Source: Candidatus Eiseniibacteriota bacterium
GTDB taxonomy: Bacteria > Eisenbacteria > RBG-16-71-46 > DASYSL01
Assembly (NCBI GenBank): GCA_036003365.1
Contig: DASYSL010000152.1
Location: 1-32,834, forward strand
Reading direction: 5' to 3'
DNA: 32,834 nucleotides
Part shown: positions 1-8,228 of the stretch, one piece after another
How positions within the stretch are numbered: position 1 is the stretch's first letter
Layout: every line of letters begins with the position of its first letter
The notes under the pieces: generated by a model
What the model was told of the DNA's origin: nothing
Seen by the model: only the letters and a program-made list of their open reading frames with translations
Databases searched by the model: none
Program-made: the position numbers and the translations under genes

Positions 1-438
1 GCTGCCCACAGGAGCGCGCGCCAGCGTGAAGCCCTGCTCGAGGCCCTGCTCGTCGTTCACGTACCACTCTATGAGATCGCCGCGGCGATACTCCATGCGA
101 TTGCCATGAGCGGCGCGCCTGGCGCGCCCGGGAGCGCGCAGCGCGGACTCGCGGCCGTAGCCGGCAAGCGAGAGCTGCCAGCTCCAGGACTGCGACGTCG
201 CCACCCGCGGCACCACACGCACGCCGTTCGCCTCGAAGTAGATGCGCAGGTCATGGGCGCGATTGGGTGCCTGAGGCTCGGTCCCGGAGATCGCGTACTC
301 GGCCCGGGCGATGCGGGCTTCGACGGTGGCCAGCCACTGCGCGCTGGGCGCAGGGCTCTGGGGCTTCGCCATATGGTGGGGCGCGTCGGCCAGGGCAAAG
401 AGCAAGACGAGGGCGCAAACCCGGGCGATATGGCGCAT
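1..438 (-). CDS. secreted hypothetical protein, N-terminal 146 aa only (gene continues beyond window start)
   Basis: Minus-strand frame starting ATG at 438 (complement of cat 436-438) is open to nt 1. I checked all 146 triplets for tta/cta/tca and found none. It is absent from the ORF track only because no stop lies in-window. The N-terminus MRHIARVCALVLLFALADA looks like a Sec signal peptide. GC3-rich codons. Family not recognised. Confidence 0.5.
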   Translation of the reverse strand, partial: MRHIARVCALVLLFALADAPHHMAKPQSPAPSAQWLATVEARIARAEYAISGTEPQAPNRAHDLRIYFEANGVRVVPRVATSQSWSWQLSLAGYGRESALRAPGRARRAAHGNRMEYRRGDLIEWYVNDEQGLEQGFTLARAPVGS

Positions 439-569
439 CGAAGGCTCCAATGTGGTGAGGTGAGGGGTCAATTATGGCAGAGGTTCTTGAGCATTTCACG
501 CGCAGAGTGGCTTGTCATGTTGTTCACTGGGGCCTCACTTGACCTGGCGCGTCCATGTGCCGAAAATAG

Positions 570-971
570 ATGCGTATGCGACTGCTCCGTCGTTTGCTCG
601 GTTCGCGGGCCCATGTCGCCGCCATGGCGGTGCTGGCGCTCACCCTTCAGGCGAGCTCGTCCGGCTATGTGCAGGCGTGTCCGATGAAGACGCAGGCGAT
701 GATGGCGAGGCACGCGTGCTGTCAGGCCGCCAACGCCTGCCATATGCCGGGACGGACCGAGCGCAAGGCGTGCTGCTTCTTTGGCGTGATGTCTCCCTGC
801 GCCGACGGAGCGGTGAGCGAGGCGCGTTTGAGCGCGCCCACCGCGACCGCTGCGGTCGTCGCTGCGACCCCGGCGCTGCCCTTGTGGGCTGCGCTTGCGG
901 CTCCGGCTTCCACCTCCGCGCCGCCGATTCTCGAAGCCCCTCCACATCGAAGCTCCATCCTCCTGATCTGA
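570..971 (+). CDS. small secreted Cys/His/Met-rich protein (133 aa), putative metal-binding accessory protein of the downstream Cu/Ag efflux operon
   Basis: ORF-track ORF 570..971. A basic-then-hydrophobic N-terminus (MRMRLLRRLLGSRAHVAAMAVLALTLQA) is followed by ACPMKTQAMMARHACCQAANACHMPGRTERKACCFFGVMSPCADG, with 9 Cys plus Met/His in about 45 aa. Same strand as, and 50-77 nt upstream of, the outer-membrane factor gene. GC3-rich. No recognisable family, so coding status itself is uncertain. Confidence 0.4.
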   Translation: MRMRLLRRLLGSRAHVAAMAVLALTLQASSSGYVQACPMKTQAMMARHACCQAANACHMPGRTERKACCFFGVMSPCADGAVSEARLSAPTATAAVVAATPALPLWAALAAPASTSAPPILEAPPHRSSILLI

Positions 972-1048
972 ACGTCCTCTCTTCGTGACCCGACGCCGCG
1001 TCCGCGGCGCTCGCGGGATTCGTGTTTTCAACGAAGAAGAGGATGTCC

Positions 1049-2359
1049 ATGCGCAAAGCAATCTGGTTGTGCGCGCTCGCGCTCGTGTGCGCGCCGCACC
1101 CGGCGCTCGCCGACGAGCATGAAGGCATGCGCTCGTCGGGGGCCCTTACCGACAGTCTCGCGCTCCTTTCGACGCTCGATCTGCCCACGCTCGAGCGCTG
1201 GGTGGTGCGCCAGAATGCCGACGCCGAAGCCGCACGCCAGGCGTATCGGGCCGCGCTCGAGGTGCCGGGCACCACCGGCTGGGAAGATCCCGTGCTCGAT
1301 TTCTCGCTCGGGCCTGCGACGCTCGGTAGCGACGAGTTCGGCACGGCGTATCGCATCGGCGTGCGCCAGGCGATCCCGCTCGGCAAGCTGGGCTCACCGC
1401 GAGACGTCGCGCTGCGTGAGGCCGCGGCGAGCTCCGCCGATCTCGACGCCACGCTCAACGACATCCTGCGCACTGCGCGCGTGACCTATGCCGAGTACGC
1501 GCGCGCGCTCGCCTCCGCCGTGGTGCTCAACGAGATGCGCCAGGTAGTCGAGCAAGTGCGCCGCGTCGCCCTATCGCGCTACGCCAGCGGGCTCGTGGGC
1601 GAGGCCGACGCGCTCATGGCCGAGACCGAGCTGTCGATGATCGAGCACCAGGCGATCGAGAGCGACAACGACGTCGGACGCGCCACCGCGCGCCTGAACG
1701 CGCTCCTGCATCGCTCGTGGGACGCCTCGCTGCCCTTGCCGCCGCCGCGCTTCGATCCGCCGGGGAAGGTGCCCGAGCTGCGTGCGCTCATCGAGGAAGC
1801 CTGGGTGGAGCGGCCGGAGATCCTCGCCGCCTCCTGGCGCTATCGCGCCGACGAGGCGCGCGTGCGCATCGCCCAGAGCGCACGGATTCCGCGGCTCGAG
1901 TTCATGGCCGCCTACGACCGGTTCTGGCAGGAGACCGATCTGCGCCCGAGCGTTGGGGTTTCGGTGAGCGTGCCGATCTTCGCCGGTCGGCGCTCTGCCG
2001 CCGTTGGCGAAGCGCAGGCCGGGCTGCTTGCCGCCCGCGCCAAGCAGGTCTCGGTGACCGATCGCGTGGCCTTCGAAGTGCAGTCGGCCTATCTCGACGT
2101 GCAGCAGAGCGCGCACGAAGCGCAGCTCGTGCGCGAGACCCAATTGCCCGTGGCGCAACGCGCCCTGGGCGCCGCGCGCGCCGGATACGAGTCGGGGAAG
2201 AACGATTTCACCGCCTTGCTCCAGGCCGAGCGCGACCTCACCGAAGCGCGGCTCATGAATCTGCGCGTGCTCGGCGAGTATCACGCCGCCCGCGCCGAGC
2301 TGGCTTGGGCCGTGGGCAAGCTGCCGCCCTGGATCGGCGTGGGAGGGACGACGCCATGA
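1049..2359 (+). CDS. cusC: outer-membrane efflux protein (TolC-like outer-membrane factor) of a heavy-metal RND system, CusC/CzcC family
   Basis: ORF 1022..2359 starts with GTG at 1022. The preferred start is ATG 1049, giving the signal peptide MRKAIWLCALALVCAPHPALA with AAGAGGA about 7 nt upstream. About 436 aa with the two-repeat outer-membrane efflux protein composition. The stop overlaps the membrane-fusion protein start (ATGA at 2356-2359). Confidence 0.8.
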   Translation: MRKAIWLCALALVCAPHPALADEHEGMRSSGALTDSLALLSTLDLPTLERWVVRQNADAEAARQAYRAALEVPGTTGWEDPVLDFSLGPATLGSDEFGTAYRIGVRQAIPLGKLGSPRDVALREAAASSADLDATLNDILRTARVTYAEYARALASAVVLNEMRQVVEQVRRVALSRYASGLVGEADALMAETELSMIEHQAIESDNDVGRATARLNALLHRSWDASLPLPPPRFDPPGKVPELRALIEEAWVERPEILAASWRYRADEARVRIAQSARIPRLEFMAAYDRFWQETDLRPSVGVSVSVPIFAGRRSAAVGEAQAGLLAARAKQVSVTDRVAFEVQSAYLDVQQSAHEAQLVRETQLPVAQRALGAARAGYESGKNDFTALLQAERDLTEARLMNLRVLGEYHAARAELAWAVGKLPPWIGVGGTTP

Positions 2360-3792
2360 AGCGCTGGATCGGTTTGGCTTTGGCACTGCTCGTCGCCGGC
2401 TGCGCGCGCGAGAGCATGGACGTGCGCCAGGTCGAAGACTTGCGCATCGGCGTGGCGATCGCACCAGAGGCGCCCAAGGTCGGCACCAACGTGCTGCGCA
2501 TGAAGATCGAGGATGCGAGCGGCAAGCCGGTGCGCGGCGCGCGCGTGGACGCGCTCGTTTTCATGTCCGCCATGGGGGCCATGCCGCGCATGGAATCGAA
2601 GCCTGCGCTGGCGGAGAAGTCGCCCGGCGTCTACGAGGGCAAGTTCGGGCTCGCCATGGGCGGGAGCTGGGACATCGATGTCGCCGTGGCGCCGGCGGGT
2701 CGCAACGTGACACGCGCCGACTTGCGACTCACGGTGGGCGTGCCGGGAGTGACGTGGGTCACCGAGGGAACGGGCCATGCCGCGCCGGGCGACAGTGCCG
2801 TCGCCACCGTCGTGCTCTCGGACGCGCGGCGCCAGGAGATTGGCGTCACCACGGCACCGGTCACCAAGCGCAAGCTCGACTACACGCGCCGCGTCTCCGG
2901 TCGCGTCGCCTACGATGAGTCGCGCCGCGCCGAGGTCACGCTCAAGTACCAGGGTTACGTGCGCTCGCTGCGCGCCGATTTCGTCGGCCAGAGCGTGCGG
3001 AAGGGCGAGAACCTGCTCACCATCTACAGCCCCGACGTCTACTCGGCCGAGCGCGAGTTCATCGAGGCGGTGGCGGTTCGTGACAGCTTGCCCCGTGGCG
3101 CGGCCGCAGACCGCGCCGCCGATCTCGCGGCCGCGGCGCGCCAGCGCCTGGCGCTCTGGGATCTCTCGCCGGCGCAGATCAAGCAGCTCGAGTACTCGCG
3201 CAAGGCGAGCGAGACGGTGTCCGTGCTCTCGCCGGTGAGCGGCGTGATCACCGACAAGATGATCGTGCAAGGCTCAGCCGTCATGCCCGGGCAGACGCTC
3301 TTCAAGATCGCGCCCATCGATCCGGTGTGGATCATGGCCGACGTCTATCCCTACGAGATGGCGTCGCTCAAGGTGGGCGATCCGGTGCGCGTGAGCCTGC
3401 CGGCGGGCGGGCGCGCCCTGCGCGGGGGGCGTATCTCGTTCATCTATCCGTTCCTCGAAAGCGAGACGCATACGGGCCAGGTGCGAATCGAGGTGCCGAA
3501 CGGGGACCGCGCGCTGCTTCCGGATCAGCTCGTGGACGTGGAGATCGCCGTGCCCCTGGGCGCGCGTCTCGCCGTGCCCGCGTCGGCCGTGCTCTTCAAC
3601 GGGGACCGCAAGCTCGTATTCGTGGACACGGGCGGCGGCCGCCTCGCGCCGCGTGAGGTGAAGCTCGGCGCCAAGGCCGGCGACTGGTACGCGGTCGACG
3701 CAGGGCTCAGCGAAGGCGACGTGGTCGTGACCTCGGGCAACTTCCTGGTCGCGGCCGAGAGCCGTCTGCGCGCGCCGGAGGCGGCACCTTGA
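2356..3792 (+). CDS. cusB: membrane-fusion protein lipoprotein (CusB/CzcB, HlyD family) with an extra ~130-aa N-terminal Met-rich domain
   Basis: In-frame ATG at 2356, residue 214 of ORF 1717..3792. The upstream extension of that ORF overlaps cusC and is rejected. Lipobox in MKRWIGLALALLVAGC. The C-terminal two-thirds has a membrane-fusion protein-like composition (lipoyl/beta-barrel/membrane-proximal regions). The N-terminal region contains FMSAMGAMPRMESKP. The start overlaps the cusC stop. The stop TGA 3790-3792 overlaps the TTG start of cusA. Confidence 0.85.
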   Translation: MKRWIGLALALLVAGCARESMDVRQVEDLRIGVAIAPEAPKVGTNVLRMKIEDASGKPVRGARVDALVFMSAMGAMPRMESKPALAEKSPGVYEGKFGLAMGGSWDIDVAVAPAGRNVTRADLRLTVGVPGVTWVTEGTGHAAPGDSAVATVVLSDARRQEIGVTTAPVTKRKLDYTRRVSGRVAYDESRRAEVTLKYQGYVRSLRADFVGQSVRKGENLLTIYSPDVYSAEREFIEAVAVRDSLPRGAAADRAADLAAAARQRLALWDLSPAQIKQLEYSRKASETVSVLSPVSGVITDKMIVQGSAVMPGQTLFKIAPIDPVWIMADVYPYEMASLKVGDPVRVSLPAGGRALRGGRISFIYPFLESETHTGQVRIEVPNGDRALLPDQLVDVEIAVPLGARLAVPASAVLFNGDRKLVFVDTGGGRLAPREVKLGAKAGDWYAVDAGLSEGDVVVTSGNFLVAAESRLRAPEAAP

Positions 3793-6700
3793 TCGCGCGC
3801 GTCATTGCGGCCTGCGCACGGGCTCCTTTCTTCACCCTGCTCGCGGTGGCGGCCGGCGTGGCGTGGGGTGTCCACGCGCTCGCCCACACGCCGCTCGACG
3901 CCATCCCCGATCTCTCGGATACGCAGGTCATCATCTCGACCGAGTGGCCCGGGCGCAGCCCCGACCTGGTCGAAGATCAGGTCACGTATCCGATCGTGAG
4001 CGCTCTGCTCTCGGCGCCGCACGTGCGCTACGTGCGCGGCCAGAGCATGATGGGCGACTCCTTCGTGTACGTGGTCTTCGAGGACGGCACCGATCTCTAC
4101 TGGGCGCGCAGCCGCGTGCTCGAATACCTGTCGTCGATCCGCGGCCGGTTGCCGGACGGTGTCGAGCCGCAGTTGGGCCCGGATGCCACGAGCGTGGGCT
4201 GGGTGTTCGAGTACGCGCTCGTCGACACCACGGGCAGGAACGATCTCGCGAGCTTGCGCTCGTTCCAGGACTGGACGCTGCGCTACTGGCTGCAATCGGT
4301 GGACGGCGTAGCCGAGGTCGCGAGCGTGGGCGGGTTCGTGCGCGAGTACCAGGTCGATCTCGATCCGGTGCGCCTCGCCAACTATGGGATTTCGCTGTCG
4401 GCGGTGGCCGACGCCATCTCGCATTCGAACAACGACGTCGGCGGCGGCGCCGTGGAGATCGCCGAGCACGAGCACTTCGTGCGCGGCCGGGGCTACATCA
4501 AGTCGATCGAAGACGTGGCGACGGTGCCGGTCATGACCAACGCCAACGGCGTCCCCGTCACCGTGGGCGACCTGGGCGACGTCCATCTCGGCCCCGAGCA
4601 GCGACGCGGCATCGCCGAGCTGAACGGGCGCGGCGAAGTCGTGGGCGGCATCGTGGTCATGCGCCAGGGGGAAAACGCGCTGCGTGTGATCGATCGCGTC
4701 AAGGCGCGCCTCGCCGATGCCCAGCGCTCCCTGCCGCCGGGCGTGCACCTGGTGGTGACGTACGACCGCTCGCAGCTCATCCGCCGCGCGGTCGACAATC
4801 TGTGGCACAAGCTGCTCGAGGAGATGATCGTCGTCAGCTTGGTGATCCTGCTCTTCCTGTTCCACTTCCGCAGCGCGCTCATTCCCATTCTGTCCTTGCC
4901 CGTGGCCGTGCTGCTCGCGTTCATCCCCATGAGCGCTCAGGGGCTCACCGCCAACATCATGTCGCTGGGCGGCATCGCGGTGGCCATCGGCGCCATGGTC
5001 GACGCCTCGATCATCATGGTCGAGAACGTGCACAAACGGCTCGAAGCCTGGGAGGAAGCGGGACGCCCGGGCCCGCGCGAGGCCGTGGTCGTGGCGGGCC
5101 TCTCGGAAGTCGGGCGCTCGATCTTCTTCGCGCTGCTCGTCATCACGGTGAGCTTCCTGCCCATCTTCACGCTCACCGGCACCGAGGGACGGCTCTTCAA
5201 GCCGCTCGCCTTCACCAAGACTTACTCGATGGCGTTCGCCGCCCTCCTTGCCATCACGCTCACGCCGGCCCTGGCACTCCTCTTCATCCGCGGACGCATC
5301 CGTCCCGAGCGCGAGAACCCCATCAACCGCTGGCTGGTCACGCGCTACGCCGGCGTCGTGCGCTGGGTGGTGCGGCGCCGGCGCATCGTATTCTGGACCG
5401 CGGGCATCCTGCTCGCCACGGCGATCCCGGTGTTCTTGTCGCTGAGCAGTGAGTTCATGCCGCCGCTCAACGAGGGCACGCTCCTCTACATGCCCACGGC
5501 ACCGCCTGGCATCTCGGACCGTGAAGCCTCCGACGTGCTCTCCAGCATGAACCGGCGCATCCGCACGTTCCCCGAGGTGGAAACGGTGTTCGGCAAGGTG
5601 GGCCGCGCCAAGACGGCCACGGATCCGGCCCCGCTCTCGATGGTCGAGACGGTGATCTCTCTCAAACCGGAGTCCGAGTGGCCTGCCGGCATGACGTGGG
5701 AGAAGCTCATCTCCCAGATGGACGCCGCATTGCGTTATCCCGGCATGCCCAACATCTGGTGGATGCCCATCCAGACGCGTCTCGAGATGCTGGCCACCGG
5801 TGTGCGCAGCAATCTCGGCATCAAGGTATTCGGGCCGAACCTCACGGAGATCGAGCGCATCTCGGTGGCCATCGAGCGCGCGCTCGCCAACGTGAAGGGC
5901 ACGCGCAGCGCCTACGCCGAACGGCTGACCGGCGGCTACTATCTCGATTTCGACATCGATCGCGCCGCGGCCGCGCGTTACGGGCTGCGCGTGGGTGACG
6001 TCGAGGACGTGATCGAAGCGGCGATTGGCGGGCACCAGGCGACTCAGACCATCGAGGGGCGCGAGCGCTATGCGGTCACGGTGCGCTACGCGCGTGCGTT
6101 GCGCCAGGATCCGGACGAGCTCGAGCGCGTGCTCGTGCCGCTGCCTCGGGGCGGCAACGTGCCGCTCGCGCAGGTCGCGCATCTGCGATTCGTGAACGGC
6201 CCGCCCATGCTGCTCGAGGAAGGCGGCCAGCTCTTCGGCCTGGTGTCGGTCGATGTGGCCGGACGCGGCATCGTGAACTACGTCGAGGATGCCAAGCGCG
6301 TGGTGGCCCGCGAGGTGGCACTGCCGCCGGGCTATCGCATCGACTGGGCGGGGCAGTTCCAGTACTACGAGCGCGCCAAGGCGCGGCTCGCGCTCGTCGT
6401 GCCGCTCACGCTCGCGCTCGTGGCGTTCCTTCTCTACTTGAGTTTCCGCTCCCTCAAGGAGACGGCGATCGTCCTGCTCGCGGTCCCGTTCTCGCTCGTG
6501 GGCGCGGTGTGGATTCTCGCGCTCCTGGGCTTCAAACTGAGCGTGGCGGTGTGGGTGGGCATGATCGCCCTCGCCGGGTTGGACGCCGAGACCGGGGCCA
6601 TCATGCTCCTCTATCTCAATTTGAGTCATCGCAAGTGGGCCCAAGAAGGCCGCCTGCGCACGCGCGCCGACCTCGAGGATGCGATCGTGGACGGCGCGGC

Positions 6701-6923
6701 CCACCGCATCCGCCCCAAGATGATGACCGTTCTGACCATCTTGATCGGCCTCCTGCCCATCCTGTGGGGCTCGGGGGCCGGGTCGGACGTCATGAAGCGC
6801 ATCGCCGCCCCCATGGCGGGGGGCGTGGTGACCTCGTTTTTGCTGGAGCTGGCCGTGTATCCTGCGATCTACGCGTGGTGGAAGGGAAGGCGGCTCGGGG
6901 GGGCGCCCTCCTCTTCCTCATGA
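3789..6923 (+). CDS. cusA: heavy-metal efflux RND inner-membrane pump, Cu(I)/Ag(I) type (CusA)
   Basis: 1044-aa ORF. It has long collinear similarity to E. coli CusA as I remember it. Examples: AIPDLSDTQVIISTEWPGRSPDLVEDQVTYPIVSALLS, FVYVVFEDGTDLYWARSRVLEYL, SLGGIAVAIGAMVDASIIMVENVHKRLE and PLSMVETVISLKPESEWPAGMTWEKL. The motif AIGAMVDAxI(V/I)MxEN is the monovalent-metal (CusA) version of the TM4 proton-relay motif, not the CzcA form DFGIIVDGAVV. TTG start, translationally coupled to cusB. Confidence 0.93.
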   Translation: MIARVIAACARAPFFTLLAVAAGVAWGVHALAHTPLDAIPDLSDTQVIISTEWPGRSPDLVEDQVTYPIVSALLSAPHVRYVRGQSMMGDSFVYVVFEDGTDLYWARSRVLEYLSSIRGRLPDGVEPQLGPDATSVGWVFEYALVDTTGRNDLASLRSFQDWTLRYWLQSVDGVAEVASVGGFVREYQVDLDPVRLANYGISLSAVADAISHSNNDVGGGAVEIAEHEHFVRGRGYIKSIEDVATVPVMTNANGVPVTVGDLGDVHLGPEQRRGIAELNGRGEVVGGIVVMRQGENALRVIDRVKARLADAQRSLPPGVHLVVTYDRSQLIRRAVDNLWHKLLEEMIVVSLVILLFLFHFRSALIPILSLPVAVLLAFIPMSAQGLTANIMSLGGIAVAIGAMVDASIIMVENVHKRLEAWEEAGRPGPREAVVVAGLSEVGRSIFFALLVITVSFLPIFTLTGTEGRLFKPLAFTKTYSMAFAALLAITLTPALALLFIRGRIRPERENPINRWLVTRYAGVVRWVVRRRRIVFWTAGILLATAIPVFLSLSSEFMPPLNEGTLLYMPTAPPGISDREASDVLSSMNRRIRTFPEVETVFGKVGRAKTATDPAPLSMVETVISLKPESEWPAGMTWEKLISQMDAALRYPGMPNIWWMPIQTRLEMLATGVRSNLGIKVFGPNLTEIERISVAIERALANVKGTRSAYAERLTGGYYLDFDIDRAAAARYGLRVGDVEDVIEAAIGGHQATQTIEGRERYAVTVRYARALRQDPDELERVLVPLPRGGNVPLAQVAHLRFVNGPPMLLEEGGQLFGLVSVDVAGRGIVNYVEDAKRVVAREVALPPGYRIDWAGQFQYYERAKARLALVVPLTLALVAFLLYLSFRSLKETAIVLLAVPFSLVGAVWILALLGFKLSVAVWVGMIALAGLDAETGAIMLLYLNLSHRKWAQEGRLRTRADLEDAIVDGAAHRIRPKMMTVLTILIGLLPILWGSGAGSDVMKRIAAPMAGGVVTSFLLELAVYPAIYAWWKGRRLGGAPSSSS

Positions 6924-6964
6924 GATCGCGCGTCGTACCACCCCTCGTCCCAAGGAGGAACGTG

Positions 6965-7408
6965 ATGAAACGGATTCGCTCGCAGATCGTCCTGACAATC
7001 GCCCTCGGCGCTCTCGTGGTCGCGGCTGCTTCTGCCGCCACGACGACGTCAAATACGGCCGCCAAACCTTCCGCCAAGCCGGCGGCGATGATGAGCCACG
7101 AGGCCACCGCGCCGGCCAAGACGCTGACCGGCGAAGTGCTCGACATGGGCTGCTATCTCGGCCACGAGGCGCACGGCGCCAAGCACGTGGCCTGCGGCAC
7201 CAAGTGCGTCGCTGGCGGGATGCCGATGGGTCTCCTGACCGCCGATGGCAGCGTTTACTTGATCACGATGAACCATGACAACGCCGATCCCTACAACCAG
7301 CTCAAGAAGATGGTCGGCCAGACGGTCACCGTCACCGGCGCGGTCAGCGAGCGGGCCGGCATGAAGGGAATCGACGTGACCGCAGCCAAGGTCGCGGCGA
7401 AGGGTTGA
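6965..7408 (+). CDS. periplasmic Cys/His/Met-containing protein (147 aa), putative metallochaperone-like accessory protein
   Basis: ATG 6965 is residue 153 of ORF 6509..7408; the upstream part overlaps cusA and is rejected. AGGAGG lies 6 nt upstream. Signal peptide MKRIRSQIVLTIALGALVVAAASA. The mature part contains MGCYLGHEAHGAKHVACGTKCVAGGMPMGLL. Family not recognised. Confidence 0.6.
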   Translation: MKRIRSQIVLTIALGALVVAAASAATTTSNTAAKPSAKPAAMMSHEATAPAKTLTGEVLDMGCYLGHEAHGAKHVACGTKCVAGGMPMGLLTADGSVYLITMNHDNADPYNQLKKMVGQTVTVTGAVSERAGMKGIDVTAAKVAAKG

Positions 7409-7457
7409 TCCAAAGCGGTTGCGCGCGCGTGGGGCCGCCACGCGCGCGGACCCTCCT

Positions 7458-8228
7458 ATGAAGTGGGCCGTGGTGGTGATGGTGGTCGCGCTCGCGGCGG
7501 GCGTCGCCGCGTTCTCCACTTTCGCGCCGCATTTGCCGGCCGCCGAGCGCGGCCGCCGATTGGCCGAGCGTATGGGTTGCTTCGGCTGCCACGGGCCGGG
7601 AGGCATCCGTGGCGCCAACAATCCGGGGCGCACCGATGGTACCGTGCCGGGATTCGAAGGGGACGTCATGATGTTCGCCAAGTCTCCCGATGAGATCCGC
7701 CAATGGATCAAGACGGGGACCACCGAAAAGCGCCGCGTGAGCCAGACCTGGCAGGAGCAGCGGCGCGCCGGCGCCATGAAGATGCCGGCGTTCGGACGCC
7801 GTCTCGAGAAGCACCAGATCGAGGACTTGGTCGCGTTCGTGCGCGCATCGTCGGGGTCGCCGGAGCCCACGGATTCTTTGTCGTCGTACGGGCTCGAGCG
7901 CGCCGATTCCTTGGGTTGCACCGGCTGCCACGGCGCGGGCGGACGTTTCGCGCGGCGCAATCCGGGGTCGCTCAAGGGCTACTTGCCTTCGTGGGACGGC
8001 GCGGATTTCCCGGAGCTCGTGCAGAGCCGTGAAGAGTTCGGCCAGTGGGTGGAAGACGGCGTGAGCAAGCGCTTCGCGCACAACCCGGGCGCGCAGTTCT
8101 ATTTGAAACGCGCCGTGGTGCACATGCCGGCCTACCGTGCCCATGTGGCGCCCGGCGACGTCGACGCGCTGTGGGCCTACGTTCAGTGGCTGCGCTCGCC
8201 CGAGACGCGCGAGGAGCTTCGTCGCTGA
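7458..8228 (+). CDS. di-haem c-type cytochrome (periplasmic)
   Basis: Within ORF 7419..8228 (TTG at 7419; ATG at 7458 gives the signal peptide [19 protein letters not shown]). Two CxxCH haem-binding motifs, CFGCH and CTGCH, each in a ~100-aa cytochrome-c-like half. The stop TGA 8226-8228 overlaps the ATG 8228 of the ATPase gene. Confidence 0.8.
   Translation: MKWAVVVMVVALAAGVAAFSTFAPHLPAAERGRRLAERMGCFGCHGPGGIRGANNPGRTDGTVPGFEGDVMMFAKSPDEIRQWIKTGTTEKRRVSQTWQEQRRAGAMKMPAFGRRLEKHQIEDLVAFVRASSGSPEPTDSLSSYGLERADSLGCTGCHGAGGRFARRNPGSLKGYLPSWDGADFPELVQSREEFGQWVEDGVSKRFAHNPGAQFYLKRAVVHMPAYRAHVAPGDVDALWAYVQWLRSPETREELRR

Noticed and set aside
468-1473. Minus-strand ORFs 468..1061 and 640..1473
   Set aside because: They are antisense to the Cys-rich ORF and to cusC. 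Their translations are Arg/Ser/Pro-rich.
1717-2355. N-terminal 213-codon extension of the cusB ORF
   Set aside because: It overlaps the cusC coding region in another frame. The real start is ATG 2356, which gives a lipoprotein signal peptide.
3525-6704. 1059-aa minus-strand ORF
   Set aside because: It lies fully antisense to cusA, whose homology is unambiguous. Its R/H/D/E/G-rich low-complexity translation is typical of the stop-poor antisense frame in roughly 70% GC DNA.
6509-6964. N-terminal extension of ORF 6509..7408
   Set aside because: It overlaps the cusA 3' end. The real start at 6965 has an AGGAGG RBS and a signal peptide.
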